Part shown: positions 36,801 through 50,572 of the stretch, one piece after another
Numbering within the stretch: position 1 is the stretch's first letter
Layout: every line of letters begins with the position of its first letter
DNA from: Eledone cirrhosa
Taxonomy: Eukaryota
Direction of reading: 5' to 3'
Length of the DNA: 64,000 nucleotides
NCBI GenBank assembly: GCA_964016885.1
Contig: OZ024743.1
Location: 117,614,001 to 117,678,000 of the forward strand
Program-made: the position numbers and the translations under genes
Notes under the pieces: model-generated
Told to the model about the DNA's origin: nothing
Database searches by the model: none
The model's input: the letters and a program-made list of their open reading frames with translations, nothing else

Positions 36801-37106
36801 TGCAGACTTATTATTTTCTCAAATATTTCTAATGATTTTGATAGAGAACTATATATGATTTAAATAACAATTAATCGAATGGTTCCTTTGTCAGTCATCA
36901 AAAAGTCACTTTTATTTTAGTAGACACCAAATAATACCAACTATCAGCAAAACGTCATATAGTTCAGGTGTGTTTTTGAACATTTATTTCCGATTCAATA
37001 AAAGAGGAATATTAGACGACAATATCAGCTATTCAGTTTATCAATTCAAATAATGTGTTGAACATTCTAAACGAAACCGTCTATATTGGAATGTATAGTA
37101 AGAGCT

Positions 37107-37112
37107 GTCTCT

Positions 37113-37146
<34 letters not shown>

Positions 37147-37180
37147 TGAAAGGTTGGTGGTGCAAGTCCACCCAGGGACG
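37107..37180 (+). tRNA. tRNA-Asn(GTT) U30, damaged
   Basis: T55G. Confidence 0.78.
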
Positions 37181-37518
37181 TAATAGTCTACTTTTGCTTT
37201 AGAAACATTACTAAAATATCTGTATATTTAGGTTTACAGCTTGCATTTAGAATTATTTGTAACACTAATACATGTTTCAATATATTAGCCTGATAAAGAT
37301 TAATTTTGCTTTACGTTACCTAAACCATTTAATCTCTACTGGATCGTATTTCACCAAAAATCTTCATATTTCTATCTTAAACGAACACTGATCATCATCT
37401 GATGGAACATATAAAGTGTACGTTATAAAAAAAATTCAAATGTTTTAACAATCTAAAGTAGATTATATTTATGTTTGTTTAAGTTCTTTCGTAAATATAC
37501 ATTCAGCACGCACCATTG

Positions 37519-37591
37519 ATCCGGCTAGCTCAGTCGGTAGAGCAGAAGACACTTAATCTCAGAGTCCAGAGTTCGTGTCCAACGTTGGTTG
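37519..37591 (+). pseudogene. tRNA-Lys(CTT) pseudogene U30
   Basis: Array lesions plus G28A, G52A, G71T. Confidence 0.85.
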
Positions 37592-37986
37592 AAAATGGTA
37601 TTGTTTCCATGATATGTTTTATAAAATTGACATTAATATTAATATTACGAAATAATTATATGGTACATTCATGTATCATGATCAATTGATATTCACCCTA
37701 AATGTCTAATAGCAAAGCGAAATTTTCAGTGAGTTTTCAAAACATTCTTATATATTTATGAAATTATTTTGCTATAGGTATGATATGAATTTAGTAATAT
37801 TAATTTTAGTATATAGAACATGCAACAGGAATAAGCAAGTTCAATTCAAATATTTATGTTTTACATATAAATTACTCGTTTCTAAATCATAAATGATTAT
37901 ATTTCTCGAAGTATTTGTTTAATATAAATATATTGTGGCGATACTGATGTAATTATGACGTCAAATAGAGAGTCACTAGCTGTACA

Positions 37987-38059
37987 GCCGAAATAGCTCA
38001 GTTGGGAGAGCGTTAGACTGAAGATCTAAAGGTCCCCTGTTCAATCCCGGGTTTCGGCA
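37987..38059 (+). tRNA. tRNA-Phe(GAA) U31
   Basis: Array consensus. Confidence 0.92.
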
Positions 38060-38365
38060 TGCAGACTTATTATTTTCTCAAATATTTCTAATGATTTTGA
38101 TAGAGAACTATATATGATTTAAATAACAATTAATCGAATGGTTCCTTTGTCAGTCATCAAAAAGTCACTTTTATTTTAGTAGACACCAAATAATACCAAC
38201 TATCAGCAAAACGTCATATAGTTCAGGTGTGTTTTTGAACATTTATTTCCGATTCAATAAAAGAGGAATATTAGACGACAATATCAGCTATTCAGTTTAT
38301 CAATTCAAATAATGTGTTGAACATTCTAAACGAAACCGTCTATATTGGAATGTATAGTAAGAGCT

Positions 38366-38371
38366 GTCTCT

Positions 38372-38405
<34 letters not shown>

Positions 38406-38439
38406 TGAAAGGTTGGTGGTGCAAGTCCACCCAGGGACG
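38366..38439 (+). tRNA. tRNA-Asn(GTT) U31, damaged
   Basis: T55G. Confidence 0.78.
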
Positions 38440-38777
38440 TAATAGTCTACTTTTGCTTTAGAAACATTACTAAAATATCTGTATATTTAGGTTTACAGCT
38501 TGCATTTAGAATTATTTGTAACACTAATACATGTTTCAATATATTAGCCTGATAAAGATTAATTTTGCTTTACGTTACCTAAACCATTTAATCTCTACTG
38601 GATCGTATTTCACCAAAAATCTTCATATTTCTATCTTAAACGAACACTGATCATCATCTGATGGAACATATAAAGTGTACGTTATAAAAAAAATTCAAAT
38701 GTTTTAACAATCTAAAGTAGATTATATTTATGTTTGTTTAAGTTCTTTCGTAAATATACATTCAGCACGCACCATTG

Positions 38778-38850
38778 ATCCGGCTAGCTCAGTCGGTAGA
38801 GCAGAAGACACTTAATCTCAGAGTCCAGAGTTCGTGTCCAACGTTGGTTG
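38778..38850 (+). pseudogene. tRNA-Lys(CTT) pseudogene U31
   Basis: Array lesions plus G28A, G52A, G71T. Confidence 0.85.
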
Positions 38851-39245
38851 AAAATGGTATTGTTTCCATGATATGTTTTATAAAATTGACATTAATATTA
38901 ATATTACGAAATAATTATATGGTACATTCATGTATCATGATCAATTGATATTCACCCTAAATATCTAATAGCAAAGCGACATTTTCAGTGAGTTTTCAAA
39001 ACATTCTTATATATTTATGAAATTATTTTGCTATAGGTATGATATGAATTTAGTAATATTAATTTTAGTATATAGAACATGCAACAGGAATAAGCAAGTT
39101 CAATTCAAATATTTATGTTTTACATATAAATTACTCGTTTCTAAATCATAAATGATTATATTTCTCGAAGTATTTGTTTAATATAAATATATTGTGGCGA
39201 TACTGATGTAATTATGACGTCAAATAGAGAGTCACTAGCTGTACA

Positions 39246-39318
39246 GCCGAAATAGCTCAGTTGGGAGAGCGTTAGACTGAAGATCTAAAGGTCCCCTGTT
39301 CAATCCCGGGTTTCGGCA
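39246..39318 (+). tRNA. tRNA-Phe(GAA) U32
   Basis: Array consensus. Confidence 0.92.
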
Positions 39319-39624
39319 TGCATACTTATTATTTTCTCAAATATTTCTAATGATTTTGATAGAGAACTATATATGATTTAAATAACAATTAATCGAATGG
39401 TTCATTTGTCAGTCATCAAAAAGTCACTTTTATTTTAGTAGACACCAAATAATACCAACTATCAGCAAAACGTCATATAGTTCAGGTGTGTTTTTGAACA
39501 TTTAGTTCCGATTCAATAAAAGAGGACTATTAGACGGCAATATCAGCTATTCAGTTTATCAATTCAAATAATGTGTTGAACATTCTAAACGAAACCGTAT
39601 ATATTGGAATGTATAGTAAGAGCT

Positions 39625-39698
39625 GTCTCTGTGGCGCAATCGGTTAGCGCGTTTGGCTGTTAACTGAAAGGTTGGTGGTGCAAGTCCACCCAGGGACG
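39625..39698 (+). tRNA. tRNA-Asn(GTT) U32, damaged
   Basis: C29T, T55G. Confidence 0.75.
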
Positions 39699-40034
39699 TA
39701 ATAGTCTACTTTTGCTTTAGAAACATTACTAAAATATCTGTATATTTAGGTTTACAGCTTGCATTTAGAATTATTTGTAACACTAATACATGTTTCAATA
39801 TATTAGCCTGATAAAGTTTAATTTTGCTTTACGTTACCTAAACCATTTAATCTCTACTGGATCGTATTTCACCAAAAATCTTCATATTTCTATCTTAAAC
39901 GAACACTGATCATCATCTGATGGAACATATAAAGTGTATGTTATAAAAAAAATTCAAATGTTTTAACAATCTAAAGTAGATTATATTTGTTTGTTTAAGT
40001 CCTTTCGTAAATATACATTCAGCACGCACCATTG

Positions 40035-40107
40035 ATCCGGCTAGCTCAGTCGGTAGAGCAGGAGACACTTAATCTCAGAGTCCAGGGTTCGTGTCCAACG
40101 TTGGGTG
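40035..40107 (+). pseudogene. tRNA-Lys(CTT) pseudogene U32
   Basis: Array lesions. Confidence 0.85.
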
Positions 40108-40502
40108 AAAATGGTATTGTTTCCATGATAAGTTTTATAAAATTGACATTAATATTAATATTACGAAATAATTATATGGTACATTCATGTATCATGATCA
40201 ATTGATATTCACCCTAAACATCTAATTGCAAAGCGAAATTTTCAGTGAGTTTTCAAAGCATTCTTATATATTTATGAAATTATTTTGCTATAGGTATGAT
40301 ATGAATTTACTAATATTAATTTTAGTATATAGAACTTGCAACAGGAATAAGCAAGTTCAATTCAAATATTTATGTTTTACATAGAAATTACTCGTTTCTA
40401 AATCATAAATGATTATATTTCTCGAAGTATTTGTTTAATATAAATATATTGTGGCGATACTGATGTAATTATGACGTCAAATAGAGAGTCACTAGCTGTA
40501 CA

Positions 40503-40575
40503 GCCGAAATTGCTCAGTTGGGAGAGCGTTAGACTGAAGATCTAATGGTCCCCTGTTCAATCCCGGGTTTCGGCA
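40503..40575 (+). tRNA. tRNA-Phe(GAA) U33
   Basis: A9T, A44T. Confidence 0.8.
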
Positions 40576-40881
40576 TGCAGACTTATTATTTTCTCAAATA
40601 TTTCTAATGATTTTGATAGAGAACTATATATGATTTAAATAACAATTAATCGAATGGTTCCTTTGTCAGTCATCAAAAAGTCACTTTTATTTTAGTAGAC
40701 ACCAAATAATACCAACTATCAGCAACACGTCATATAGTTCAGGTGTGTTTTTGAACATTTAGTTCCGATTCAATAAAAGAGGAATATTAGACGACAATAT
40801 CAGGTATTCAGTTTATCAATTCAAATAATGTGTTGAACATTCTAAACGAAACCGTCTATATATGAACGTATTGTAAGAGCT

Positions 40882-40955
40882 GTCTCTGTGGCGCTATCGG
40901 TTAGCGTGTTCGGCTGTTAACTGAAAGGTTGGTGGTTCAAGTCCACCCAGGGACG
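40882..40955 (+). tRNA. tRNA-Asn(GTT) U33, damaged
   Basis: A14T, C25T. Confidence 0.78.
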
Positions 40956-41293
40956 TAGTAGTCTAGTTTTGCTTTAGAAACATTACTAAAAAATCTGTAT
41001 ATTTAGGTTTACAGCTTGCATTTAGAATTATTTGTAACACTAATACATGTTTCAATATATTAGCCTGATAAAGATTAATTTTGCTTTACGTTACCTAAAC
41101 CATTTCATCTCTACTGGATTGTATTTCACCAAAAATCTTCATATTTCTATCTTAAACGAACACTGATCATCATCTGATGGTACATATAAAGTATATGTTA
41201 TAAAAAAAATTCAAATGTTTTAACAATCTAAGGTAGATTATATTTATGTTGGTTTAAGTTCTTTCGTAAATATACATTCAGCACGCACCATTG

Positions 41294-41366
41294 ATCCGGC
41301 TAGCTCAGTCGGCAGAGCAGGAGACACTTAATCTCAGAGTCCAGGGTTTGTGTCCAACGTTGGGTG
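41294..41366 (+). pseudogene. tRNA-Lys(CTT) pseudogene U33
   Basis: Array lesions plus T20C, C56T. Confidence 0.85.
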
Positions 41367-41761
41367 AAAATGGTATTGTTTCCATGATATGTTTTATAAA
41401 ATTGACATTAATATTAATATTACGAAATAATTATATGGTACATTCATGTATCATGATCAATTGATATTCACCCTAAATATCTAATAGCAAAGCGAAATTT
41501 TCAGTGAGTTTTCAAAGCATTCTTATATATTTATGAAATTATTTTGCTATAGGTATGATATGAATTTACTAATATTAATTTTAGTATATAGAACATGCAA
41601 CAGGAATAAGCAAGTTCAATTCAAATATTTATGTTTTACATATAAATTACTCGTTTCTAAATCATAAATGATTATATTTCTCGAAGTATTTGTTTAATAT
41701 AAATATATTGTGGCGATACTGATGTAATTATGGCGTCAAATAGAGAGTCACTAGCTGTACG

Positions 41762-41834
41762 GCCGAAATAGCTCGTTTGGGAGAGCGTTAGACTGAAGAT
41801 CTAAAGGTCCCCTGTTCAATCCCGGGTTTCGGCA
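41762..41834 (+). tRNA. tRNA-Phe(GAA) U34, damaged
   Basis: A14G, G15T. Confidence 0.75.
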
Positions 41835-42139
41835 TGCAGACTTATTATTTTCTCAAATATTTCTAATGATTTTGATAGAGAACTATATATGATTTAAATA
41901 ACAAATAATCGAATGGTTCCTTTGTCAGTCATCAAAAAGTCACTTTTATTTTAGTAGACACCAAATAATACCAACTATCAGCAAAACGTCATATAGTTCG
42001 GGTGTGTTTTTGAACATTTAGTTCCGATTAATAAAAGAGGAATATTAGACGACAATATCAGCTATTCAGTTTATCAATTCAAATAATGTGTTGAACATTC
42101 TAAACGAAACCGTCTATATATGAATGTATAGTAAGAGCT

Positions 42140-42145
42140 GTCTCT

Positions 42146-42179
<34 letters not shown>

Positions 42180-42213
42180 TGAAAGGTTGGTGGTTCAAGT
42201 CCACCCAGGGACG
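42140..42213 (+). tRNA. tRNA-Asn(GTT) U34
   Basis: Array consensus. Confidence 0.92.
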
Positions 42214-42551
42214 TAATAGTCTACTTTTGCTTTAGAAACATTACTAAACAATCTGTATATTTAGGTTTACAGCTTGCATTTAGAATTATTTGTAACACTA
42301 ATACATGTTTCAATATATTAGCCTGATAAAGATTAATTTTGCTTTACGTTACCTAAACCTTTTCATCTCTACTGGATTGTATTTCACCAAAAATCTTCAT
42401 ATTTCTATCTTAAACGAACACAGATCATCATCTGATTGAACATATAAAGTGTATGTTATGAAAAAAATTCAAATGTTTTAACAATCTAAAGTAGATTATA
42501 TTTATGTTTGTTTAAGTTCTTTCGTAAATATACATTCAGCACGCACCATTG

Positions 42552-42624
42552 ATCTGGCTAGCTCAGTCGGTAGAGCAGAAGACACTTAATCTCAGAGTCC
42601 AGAGTTCGTGTCCAACGTTGGTTG
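42552..42624 (+). pseudogene. tRNA-Lys(CTT) pseudogene U34
   Basis: Array lesions plus C4T, G28A, G52A, G71T. Confidence 0.85.
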
Positions 42625-43019
42625 AAAATGGTATTGTTTCCATGATATGTTTTATAAAATTGACATTAATATTAATATTACGAAATAATTATATGGTACA
42701 TTCATGTATCATGATCAATTGATATTCACCCTAAATGTCTAATAGCAAAGCGAAATTTTCAGTGAGTTTTCAAAACATTCTTATATATTTATGAAATTAT
42801 TTTGCTATAGGTATGATATGAATTTAGTAATATTAATTTTAGTATATAGAACATGCAACAGGAATAAGCAAGTTCAATTCAAATATTTATGTTTTACATA
42901 TAAATTACTCGTTTCTAAATCATAAATGATTATATTTCTCGAAGTATTTGTTTAATATAAATATATTGTGGCGATACTGATGTAATTATGACGTCAAATA
43001 GAGAGTCACTAGCTGTACA

Positions 43020-43092
43020 GCCGAAATAGCTCAGTTGGGAGAGCGTTAGACTGAAGATCTAAAGGTCCCCTGTTCAATCCCGGGTTTCGGCA
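43020..43092 (+). tRNA. tRNA-Phe(GAA) U35
   Basis: Array consensus. Confidence 0.92.
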
Positions 43093-43398
43093 TGCAGACT
43101 TATTATTTTCTCAAATATTTCTAATGATTTTGATAGAGAACTATATATGATTTAAATAACAATTAATCGAATGGTTCCTTTGTCAGTCATCAAAAAGTCA
43201 CTTTTATTTTAGTAGACACCAAATAATACCAACTATCAGCAAAACGTCATATAGTTCAGGTGTGTTTTTGAACATTTATTTCCGATTCAATAAAAGAGGA
43301 ATATTAGACGACAATATCAGCTATTCAGTTTATCAATTCAAATAATGTGTTGAACATTCTAAACGAAACCGTCTATATTGGAATGTATAGTAAGAGCT

Positions 43399-43472
43399 GT
43401 CTCTGTGGCGCAATCGGTTAGCGTGTTCGGCTGTTAACTGAAAGGTTGGTGGTTCAAGTCCACCCAGGGACG
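43399..43472 (+). tRNA. tRNA-Asn(GTT) U35
   Basis: C25T. Confidence 0.88.
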
Positions 43473-43810
43473 TAATAGTCTACTTTTGCTTTAGAAACAT
43501 TACTAAAAAATCTGTATATTTAGGTTTACAGCTTGCATTTAGAATTATTTGTAACACTAATACATGTTTCAATATATTAGCCTGATAAAGATTAATTTTG
43601 CTTTACGTTACCTAAACCATTTCATCTCTACTGGATTGTATTTCACCAAAAATCTTCATATTTCTATCTTAAACGAACACTGATCATCATCTGATGGAAC
43701 ATATAAAGTGTATGTTATAAAAAAAATTCAAATGTTTTAACAATCTAAAGTAGATTATATTTATGTTTGTTTAAGTTCTTTCGTAAATATACATTCAGCA
43801 CGCACCATTG

Positions 43811-43883
43811 ATCTGGCTAGCTCAGTCGGTAGAGCAGAAGACACTTAATCTCAGAGTCCAGAGTTCGTGTCCAACGTTGGTTG
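43811..43883 (+). pseudogene. tRNA-Lys(CTT) pseudogene U35
   Basis: Array lesions plus C4T, G28A, G52A, G71T. Confidence 0.85.
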
Positions 43884-44278
43884 AAAATGGTATTGTTTCC
43901 ATGATATGTTTTATAAAATTGACATTAATATTAATATTACGAAATAATTATATGGTACATTCATGTATCATGATCAATTGATATTCACCCTAAATGTCTA
44001 ATAGCAAAGCGAAATTTTCAGTGAGTTTTCAAAACATTCTTATATATTTATGAAATTATTTTGCTATAGGTATGATATGAATTTAGTAATATTAATTTTA
44101 GTATATAGAACATGCAACAGGAATAAGCAAGTTCAATTCAAATATTTATGTTTTACATATAAATTACTCGTTTCTAAATCATAAATGATTATATTTCTCG
44201 AAGTATTTGTTTAATATAAATATATTGTGGCGATACTGATGTAATTATGACGTCAAATAGAGAGTCACTAGCTGTACA

Positions 44279-44351
44279 GCCGAAATAGCTCAGTTGGGAG
44301 AGCGTTAGACTGAAGATCTAAAGGTCCCCTGTTCAATCCCGGGTTTCGGCA
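44279..44351 (+). tRNA. tRNA-Phe(GAA) U36
   Basis: Array consensus. Confidence 0.92.
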
Positions 44352-44657
44352 TGCAGACTTATTATTTTCTCAAATATTTCTAATGATTTTGATAGAGAAC
44401 TATATATGATTTAAATAACAATTAATCGAATGGTTCCTTTGTCAGTCATCAAAAAGTCACTTTTATTTTAGTAGACACCAAATAATACCAACTATCAGCA
44501 AAACGTCATATAGTTCAGGTGTGTTTTTGAACATTTATTTCCGATTCAATAAAAGAGGAATATTAGACGACAATATCAGCTATTCAGTTTATCAATTCAA
44601 ATAATGTGTTGAACATTCTAAACGAAACCGTCTATATTGGAATGTATAGTAAGAGCT

Positions 44658-44663
44658 GTCTCT

Positions 44664-44697
<34 letters not shown>

Positions 44698-44731
44698 TGA
44701 AAGGTTGGTGGTGCAAGTCCACCCAGGGACG
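44658..44731 (+). tRNA. tRNA-Asn(GTT) U36, damaged
   Basis: T55G. Confidence 0.78.
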
Positions 44732-45069
44732 TAATAGTCTACTTTTGCTTTAGAAACATTACTAAAATATCTGTATATTTAGGTTTACAGCTTGCATTTA
44801 GAATTATTTGTAACACTAATACATGTTTCAATATATTAGCCTGATAAAGATTAATTTTGCTTTACGTTACCTAAACCATTTAATCTCTACTGGATCGTAT
44901 TTCACCAAAAATCTTCATATTTCTATCTTAAACGAACACTGATCATCATCTGATGGAACATATAAAGTGTACGTTATAAAAAAAATTCAAATGTTTTAAC
45001 AATCTAAAGTAGATTATATTTATGTTTGTTTAAGTTCTTTCGTAAATATACATTCAGCACGCACCATTG

Positions 45070-45142
45070 ATCCGGCTAGCTCAGTCGGTAGAGCAGAAGA
45101 CACTTAATCTCAGAGTCCAGAGTTCGTGTCCAACGTTGGTTG
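45070..45142 (+). pseudogene. tRNA-Lys(CTT) pseudogene U36
   Basis: Array lesions plus G28A, G52A, G71T. Confidence 0.85.
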
Positions 45143-45537
45143 AAAATGGTATTGTTTCCATGATATGTTTTATAAAATTGACATTAATATTAATATTACG
45201 AAATAATTATATGGTACATTCATGTATCATGATCAATTGATATTCACCCTAAATATCTAATAGCAAAGCGACATTTTCAGTGAGTTTTCAAAACATTCTT
45301 ATATATTTATGAAATTATTTTGCTATAGGTATGATATGAATTTAGTAATATTAATTTTAGTATATAGAACATGCAACAGGAATAAGCAAGTTCAATTCAA
45401 ATATTTATGTTTTACATATAAATTACTCGTTTCTAAATCATAAATGATTATATTTCTCGAAGTATTTGTTTAATATAAATATATTGTGGCGATACTGATG
45501 TAATTATGACGTCAAATAGAGAGTCACTAGCTGTACA

Positions 45538-45610
45538 GCCGAAATAGCTCAGTTGGGAGAGCGTTAGACTGAAGATCTAAAGGTCCCCTGTTCAATCCCG
45601 GGTTTCGGCA
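45538..45610 (+). tRNA. tRNA-Phe(GAA) U37
   Basis: Array consensus. Confidence 0.92.
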
Positions 45611-45916
45611 TGCATACTTATTATTTTCTCAAATATTTCTAATGATTTTGATAGAGAACTATATATGATTTAAATAACAATTAATCGAATGGTTCATTTG
45701 TCAGTCATCAAAAAGTCACTTTTATTTTAGTAGACACCAAATAATACCAACTATCAGCAAAACGTCATATAGTTCAGGTGTGTTTTTGAACATTTAGTTC
45801 CGATTCAATAAAAGAGGAATATTAGACGACAATATCAGCTATTCAGTTTATCAATTCAAATAATGTGTTGAACATTCTAAACGAAACCGTATATATTGGA
45901 ATGTATAGTAAGAGCT

Positions 45917-45990
45917 GTCTCTGTGGCGCAATCGGTTAGCGCGTTTGGCTGTTAACTGAAAGGTTGGTGGTGCAAGTCCACCCAGGGACG
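45917..45990 (+). tRNA. tRNA-Asn(GTT) U37, damaged
   Basis: C29T, T55G. Confidence 0.75.
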
Positions 45991-46328
45991 TAATAGTCTA
46001 CTTTTGCTTTAGAAACATTACTAAAATATCTGTATATTTAGGTTTACAGCTTGCATTTAGAATTATTTGTAACACTAATACATGTTTCAATATATTAGCC
46101 TGATAAAGTTTAATTTTGCTTTACGTTACCTAAACCATTTAATCTCTACTGGATCGTATTTCACCAAAAATCTTCATATTTCTATCTTAAACGAACACTG
46201 ATCATCATCTGATGGAACATATAAAGTGTATGTTATAAAAAAAATTCAAATGTTTTAACAATCTAAAGTAGATTATATTTATGTTTGTTTAAGTTCTTTC
46301 GTAAATATACATTCAGCACGCACCATTG

Positions 46329-46401
46329 ATCCGGCTAGCTCAGTCGGTAGAGCAGGAGACACTTAATCTCAGAGTCCAGGGTTCGTGTCCAACGTTGGGT
46401 G
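46329..46401 (+). pseudogene. tRNA-Lys(CTT) pseudogene U37
   Basis: Array lesions. Confidence 0.85.
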
Positions 46402-46796
46402 AAAATGGTATTGTTTCCATGATATGTTTTATAAAATTGACATTAATATTAATATTACGAAATAATTATATGGTACATTCATGTATCATGATCAATTGAT
46501 ATTCACCCTAAATATCTAATTGCAAAGCGAAATTTTCAGTGAGTTTTCAAAACATTCTTATATATTTATGAAATTATTTTGCTATAGGTATGATATGAAG
46601 TTACTAATATTAATTTTAGTATATAGAACTTGCAACAGGAATAAGCAAGTTCAATTCAAATATTTATGTTTTACATATAAATTACTCGTTTCTAAATCAT
46701 AAATGATTATATTTCTCGAAGTATTTGTTTAATATAAATATATTGTGGCGATACTGATGTAATTATGGCGTCAAATAGAGAGTCACTAGCTGTACG

Positions 46797-46869
46797 GCCG
46801 AAATAGCTCGTTTGGGAGAGCGTTAGACTGAAGATCTAAAGGTCCCCTGTTCAATCCCGGGTTTCGGCA
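46797..46869 (+). tRNA. tRNA-Phe(GAA) U38, damaged
   Basis: A14G, G15T. Confidence 0.75.
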
Positions 46870-47174
46870 TGCAGACTTATTATTTTCTCAAATATTTCTA
46901 ATGATTTTGATAGAGAACTATATATGATTTAAATAACAAATAATCGAATGGTTCCTTTGTCAGTCATCAAAAAGTCACTTTTATTTTAGTAGACACCAAA
47001 TAATACCAACTATCAGCAAAACGTCATATAGTTCGGGTGTGTTTTTGAACATTTAGTTCCGATTAATAAAAGAGGAATATTAGACGACAATATCAGCTAT
47101 TCAGTTTATCAATTCAAATAATGTGTTGAACATTCTAAACGAAACCGTCTATATATGAATGTATAGTAAGAGCT

Positions 47175-47180
47175 GTCTCT

Positions 47181-47214
<34 letters not shown>

Positions 47215-47248
47215 TGAAAGGTTGGTGGTTCAAGTCCACCCAGGGACG
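47175..47248 (+). tRNA. tRNA-Asn(GTT) U38
   Basis: Array consensus. Confidence 0.92.
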
Positions 47249-47586
47249 TAATAGTCTACTTTTGCTTTAGAAACATTACTAAACAATCTGTATATTTAGG
47301 TTTACAGCTTGCATTTAGAATTATTTGTAACACTAATACATGTTTCAATATATTAGCCTGATAAAGATTAATTTTGCTTTACGTTACCTAAACCTTTTCA
47401 TCTCTACTGGATTGTATTTCACCAAAAATCTTCATATTTCTATCTTAAACGAACACAGATCATCATCTGATTGAACATATAAAGTGTATGTTATGAAAAA
47501 AATTCAAATGTTTTAACAATCTAAAGTAGATTATATTTATGTTTGTTTAAGTTCTTTCGTAAATATACATTCAGCACGCACCATTG

Positions 47587-47659
47587 ATCTGGCTAGCTCA
47601 GTCGGTAGAGCAGAAGACACTTAATCTCAGAGTCCAGAGTTCGTGTCCAACGTTGGTTG
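47587..47659 (+). pseudogene. tRNA-Lys(CTT) pseudogene U38
   Basis: Array lesions plus C4T, G28A, G52A, G71T. Confidence 0.85.
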
Positions 47660-48054
47660 AAAATGGTATTGTTTCCATGATATGTTTTATAAAATTGACA
47701 TTAATATTAATATTACGAAATAATTATATGGTACATTCATGTATCATGATCAATTGATATTCACCCTAAATGTCTAATAGCAAAGCGAAATTTTCAGTGA
47801 GTTTTCAAAACATTCTTATATATTTATGAAATTATTTTGCTATAGGTATGATATGAATTTAGTAATATTAATTTTAGTATATAGAACATGCAACAGGAAT
47901 AAGCAAGTTCAATTCAAATATTTATGTTTTACATATAAATTACTCGTTTCTAAATCATAAATGATTATATTTCTCGAAGTATTTGTTTAATATAAATATA
48001 TTGTGGCGATACTGATGTAATTATGACGTCAAATAGAGAGTCACTAGCTGTACA

Positions 48055-48127
48055 GCCGAAATAGCTCAGTTGGGAGAGCGTTAGACTGAAGATCTAAAGG
48101 TCCCCTGTTCAATCCCGGGTTTCGGCA
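48055..48127 (+). tRNA. tRNA-Phe(GAA) U39
   Basis: Array consensus. Confidence 0.92.
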
Positions 48128-48433
48128 TGCATACTTATTATTTTCTCAAATATTTCTAATGATTTTGATAGAGAACTATATATGATTTAAATAACAATTA
48201 ATCGAATGGTTCCTTTGTCAGTCATCAAAAAGTCACTTTTATTTTAGTAGACACCAAATAATACCAACTATCAGCAAAACGTCATATAGTTCAGGTGTGT
48301 TTTTGAACATTTATTTCCGATTCAATAAAAGAGGAATATTAGACGACAATATCAGCTATTCAGTTTATCAATTCAAATAATGTGTTGAACATTCTAAACG
48401 AAACCGTCTATATTGGAATGTATAGTAAGAGCT

Positions 48434-48507
48434 GTCTCTGTGGCGCAATCGGTTAGCGTGTTCGGCTGTTAACTGAAAGGTTGGTGGTTCAAGTCCACCC
48501 AGGGACG
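48434..48507 (+). tRNA. tRNA-Asn(GTT) U39
   Basis: C25T. Confidence 0.88.
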
Positions 48508-48845
48508 TAATAGTCTACTTTTGCTTTAGAAACATTACTAAAAAATCTGTATATTTAGGTTTACAGCTTGCATTTAGAATTATTTGTAACACTAATACAT
48601 GTTTCAATATATTAGCCTGATAAAGATTAATTTTGCTTTACGTTACCTAAACCATTTCATCTCTACTGGATTGTATTTCACCAAAAATCTTCATATTTCT
48701 ATCTTAAACGAACACTGATCATCATCTGATGGAACATATAAAGTGTATGTTATAAAAAAAATTCAAATGTTTTAACAATCTAATGTAGATTATATTTATG
48801 TTTGTTTAAGTTCTTTCGTAAATATACATTCAGCACGCACCATTG

Positions 48846-48918
48846 ATCTGGCTAGCTCAGTCGGTAGAGCAGAAGACACTTAATCTCAGAGTCCAGAGTT
48901 CGTGTCCAACGTTGGTTG
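48846..48918 (+). pseudogene. tRNA-Lys(CTT) pseudogene U39
   Basis: Array lesions plus C4T, G28A, G52A, G71T. Confidence 0.85.
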
Positions 48919-49313
48919 AAAATGGTATTGTTTCCATGATATGTTTTATAAAATTGACATTAATATTAATATTACGAAATAATTATATGGTACATTCATG
49001 TATCATGATCAATTGATATTCACCCTAAATGTCTAATAGCAAAGCGAAATTTTCAGTGAGTTTTCAAAACATTCTTATATATTTATGAAATTATTTTGCT
49101 ATAGGTATGATATGAATTTAGTAATATTAATTTTAGTATATAGAACATGCAACAGGAATAAGCAAGTTCAATTCAAATATTTATGTTTTACATATAAATT
49201 ACTCGTTTCTAAATCATAAATGATTATATTTCTCGAAGTATTTGTTTAATATAAATATATTGTGGCGATACTGATGTAATTATGACGTCAAATAGAGAGT
49301 CACTAGCTGTACA

Positions 49314-49386
49314 GCCGAAATAGCTCAGTTGGGAGAGCGTTAGACTGAAGATCTAAAGGTCCCCTGTTCAATCCCGGGTTTCGGCA
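49314..49386 (+). tRNA. tRNA-Phe(GAA) U40
   Basis: Array consensus. Confidence 0.92.
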
Positions 49387-49692
49387 TGCAGACTTATTAT
49401 TTTCTCAAATATTTCTAATGATTTTGATAGAGAACTATATATGATTTAAATAACAATTAATCGAATGGTTCCTTTGTCAGTCATCAAAAAGTCACTTTTA
49501 TTTTAGTAGACACCAAATAATACCAACTATCAGCAAAACGTCATATAGTTCAGGTGTGTTTTTGAACATTTATTTCCGATTCAATAAAAGAGGAATATTA
49601 GACGACAATATCAGCTATTCAGTTTATCAATTCAAATAATGTGTTGAACATTCTAAACGAAACCGTCTATATTGGAATGTATAGTAAGAGCT

Positions 49693-49698
49693 GTCTCT

Positions 49699-49732
<34 letters not shown>

Positions 49733-49766
49733 TGAAAGGTTGGTGGTGCAAGTCCACCCAGGGACG
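49693..49766 (+). tRNA. tRNA-Asn(GTT) U40, damaged
   Basis: T55G. Confidence 0.78.
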
Positions 49767-50104
49767 TAATAGTCTACTTTTGCTTTAGAAACATTACTAA
49801 AATATCTGTATATTTAGGTTTACAGCTTGCATTTAGAATTATTTGTAACACTAATACATGTTTCAATATATTAGCCTGATAAAGATTAATTTTGCTTTAC
49901 GTTACCTAAACCATTTAATCTCTACTGGATCGTATTTCACCAAAAATCTTCATATTTCTATCTTAAACGAACACTGATCATCATCTGATGGAACATATAA
50001 AGTGTACGTTATAAAAAAAATTCAAATGTTTTAACAATCTAAAGTAGATTATATTTATGTTTGTTTAAGTTCTTTCGTAAATATACATTCAGCACGCACC
50101 ATTG

Positions 50105-50177
50105 ATCCGGCTAGCTCAGTCGGTAGAGCAGAAGAAACTTAATCTCAGAGTCCAGAGTTCGTGTCCAACGTTGGTTG
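50105..50177 (+). pseudogene. tRNA-Lys(CTT) pseudogene U40
   Basis: Array lesions plus G28A, C32A, G52A, G71T. Confidence 0.85.
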
Positions 50178-50572
50178 AAAATGGTATTGTTTCCATGATA
50201 TGTTTTATAAAATTGACATTAATATTAATATTACGAAATAATTATATGGTACATTCATGTATCATGATCAATTGATATTCACCCTAAATATCTAATAGCA
50301 AAGCGACATTTTCAGTGAGTTTTCAAAACATTCTTATATATTTATGAAATTATTTTGCTATAGGTATGATATGAATTTAGTAATATTAATTTTAGTATAT
50401 AGAACATGCAACAGGAATAAGCAAGTTCAATTCAAATATTTATGTTTTACATATAAATTACTCGTTTCTAAATCATAAATGATTATATTTCTCGAAGTAT
50501 TTGTTTAATATAAATATATTGTGGCGATACTGATGTAATTATGACGTCAAATAGAGAGTCACTAGCTGTACA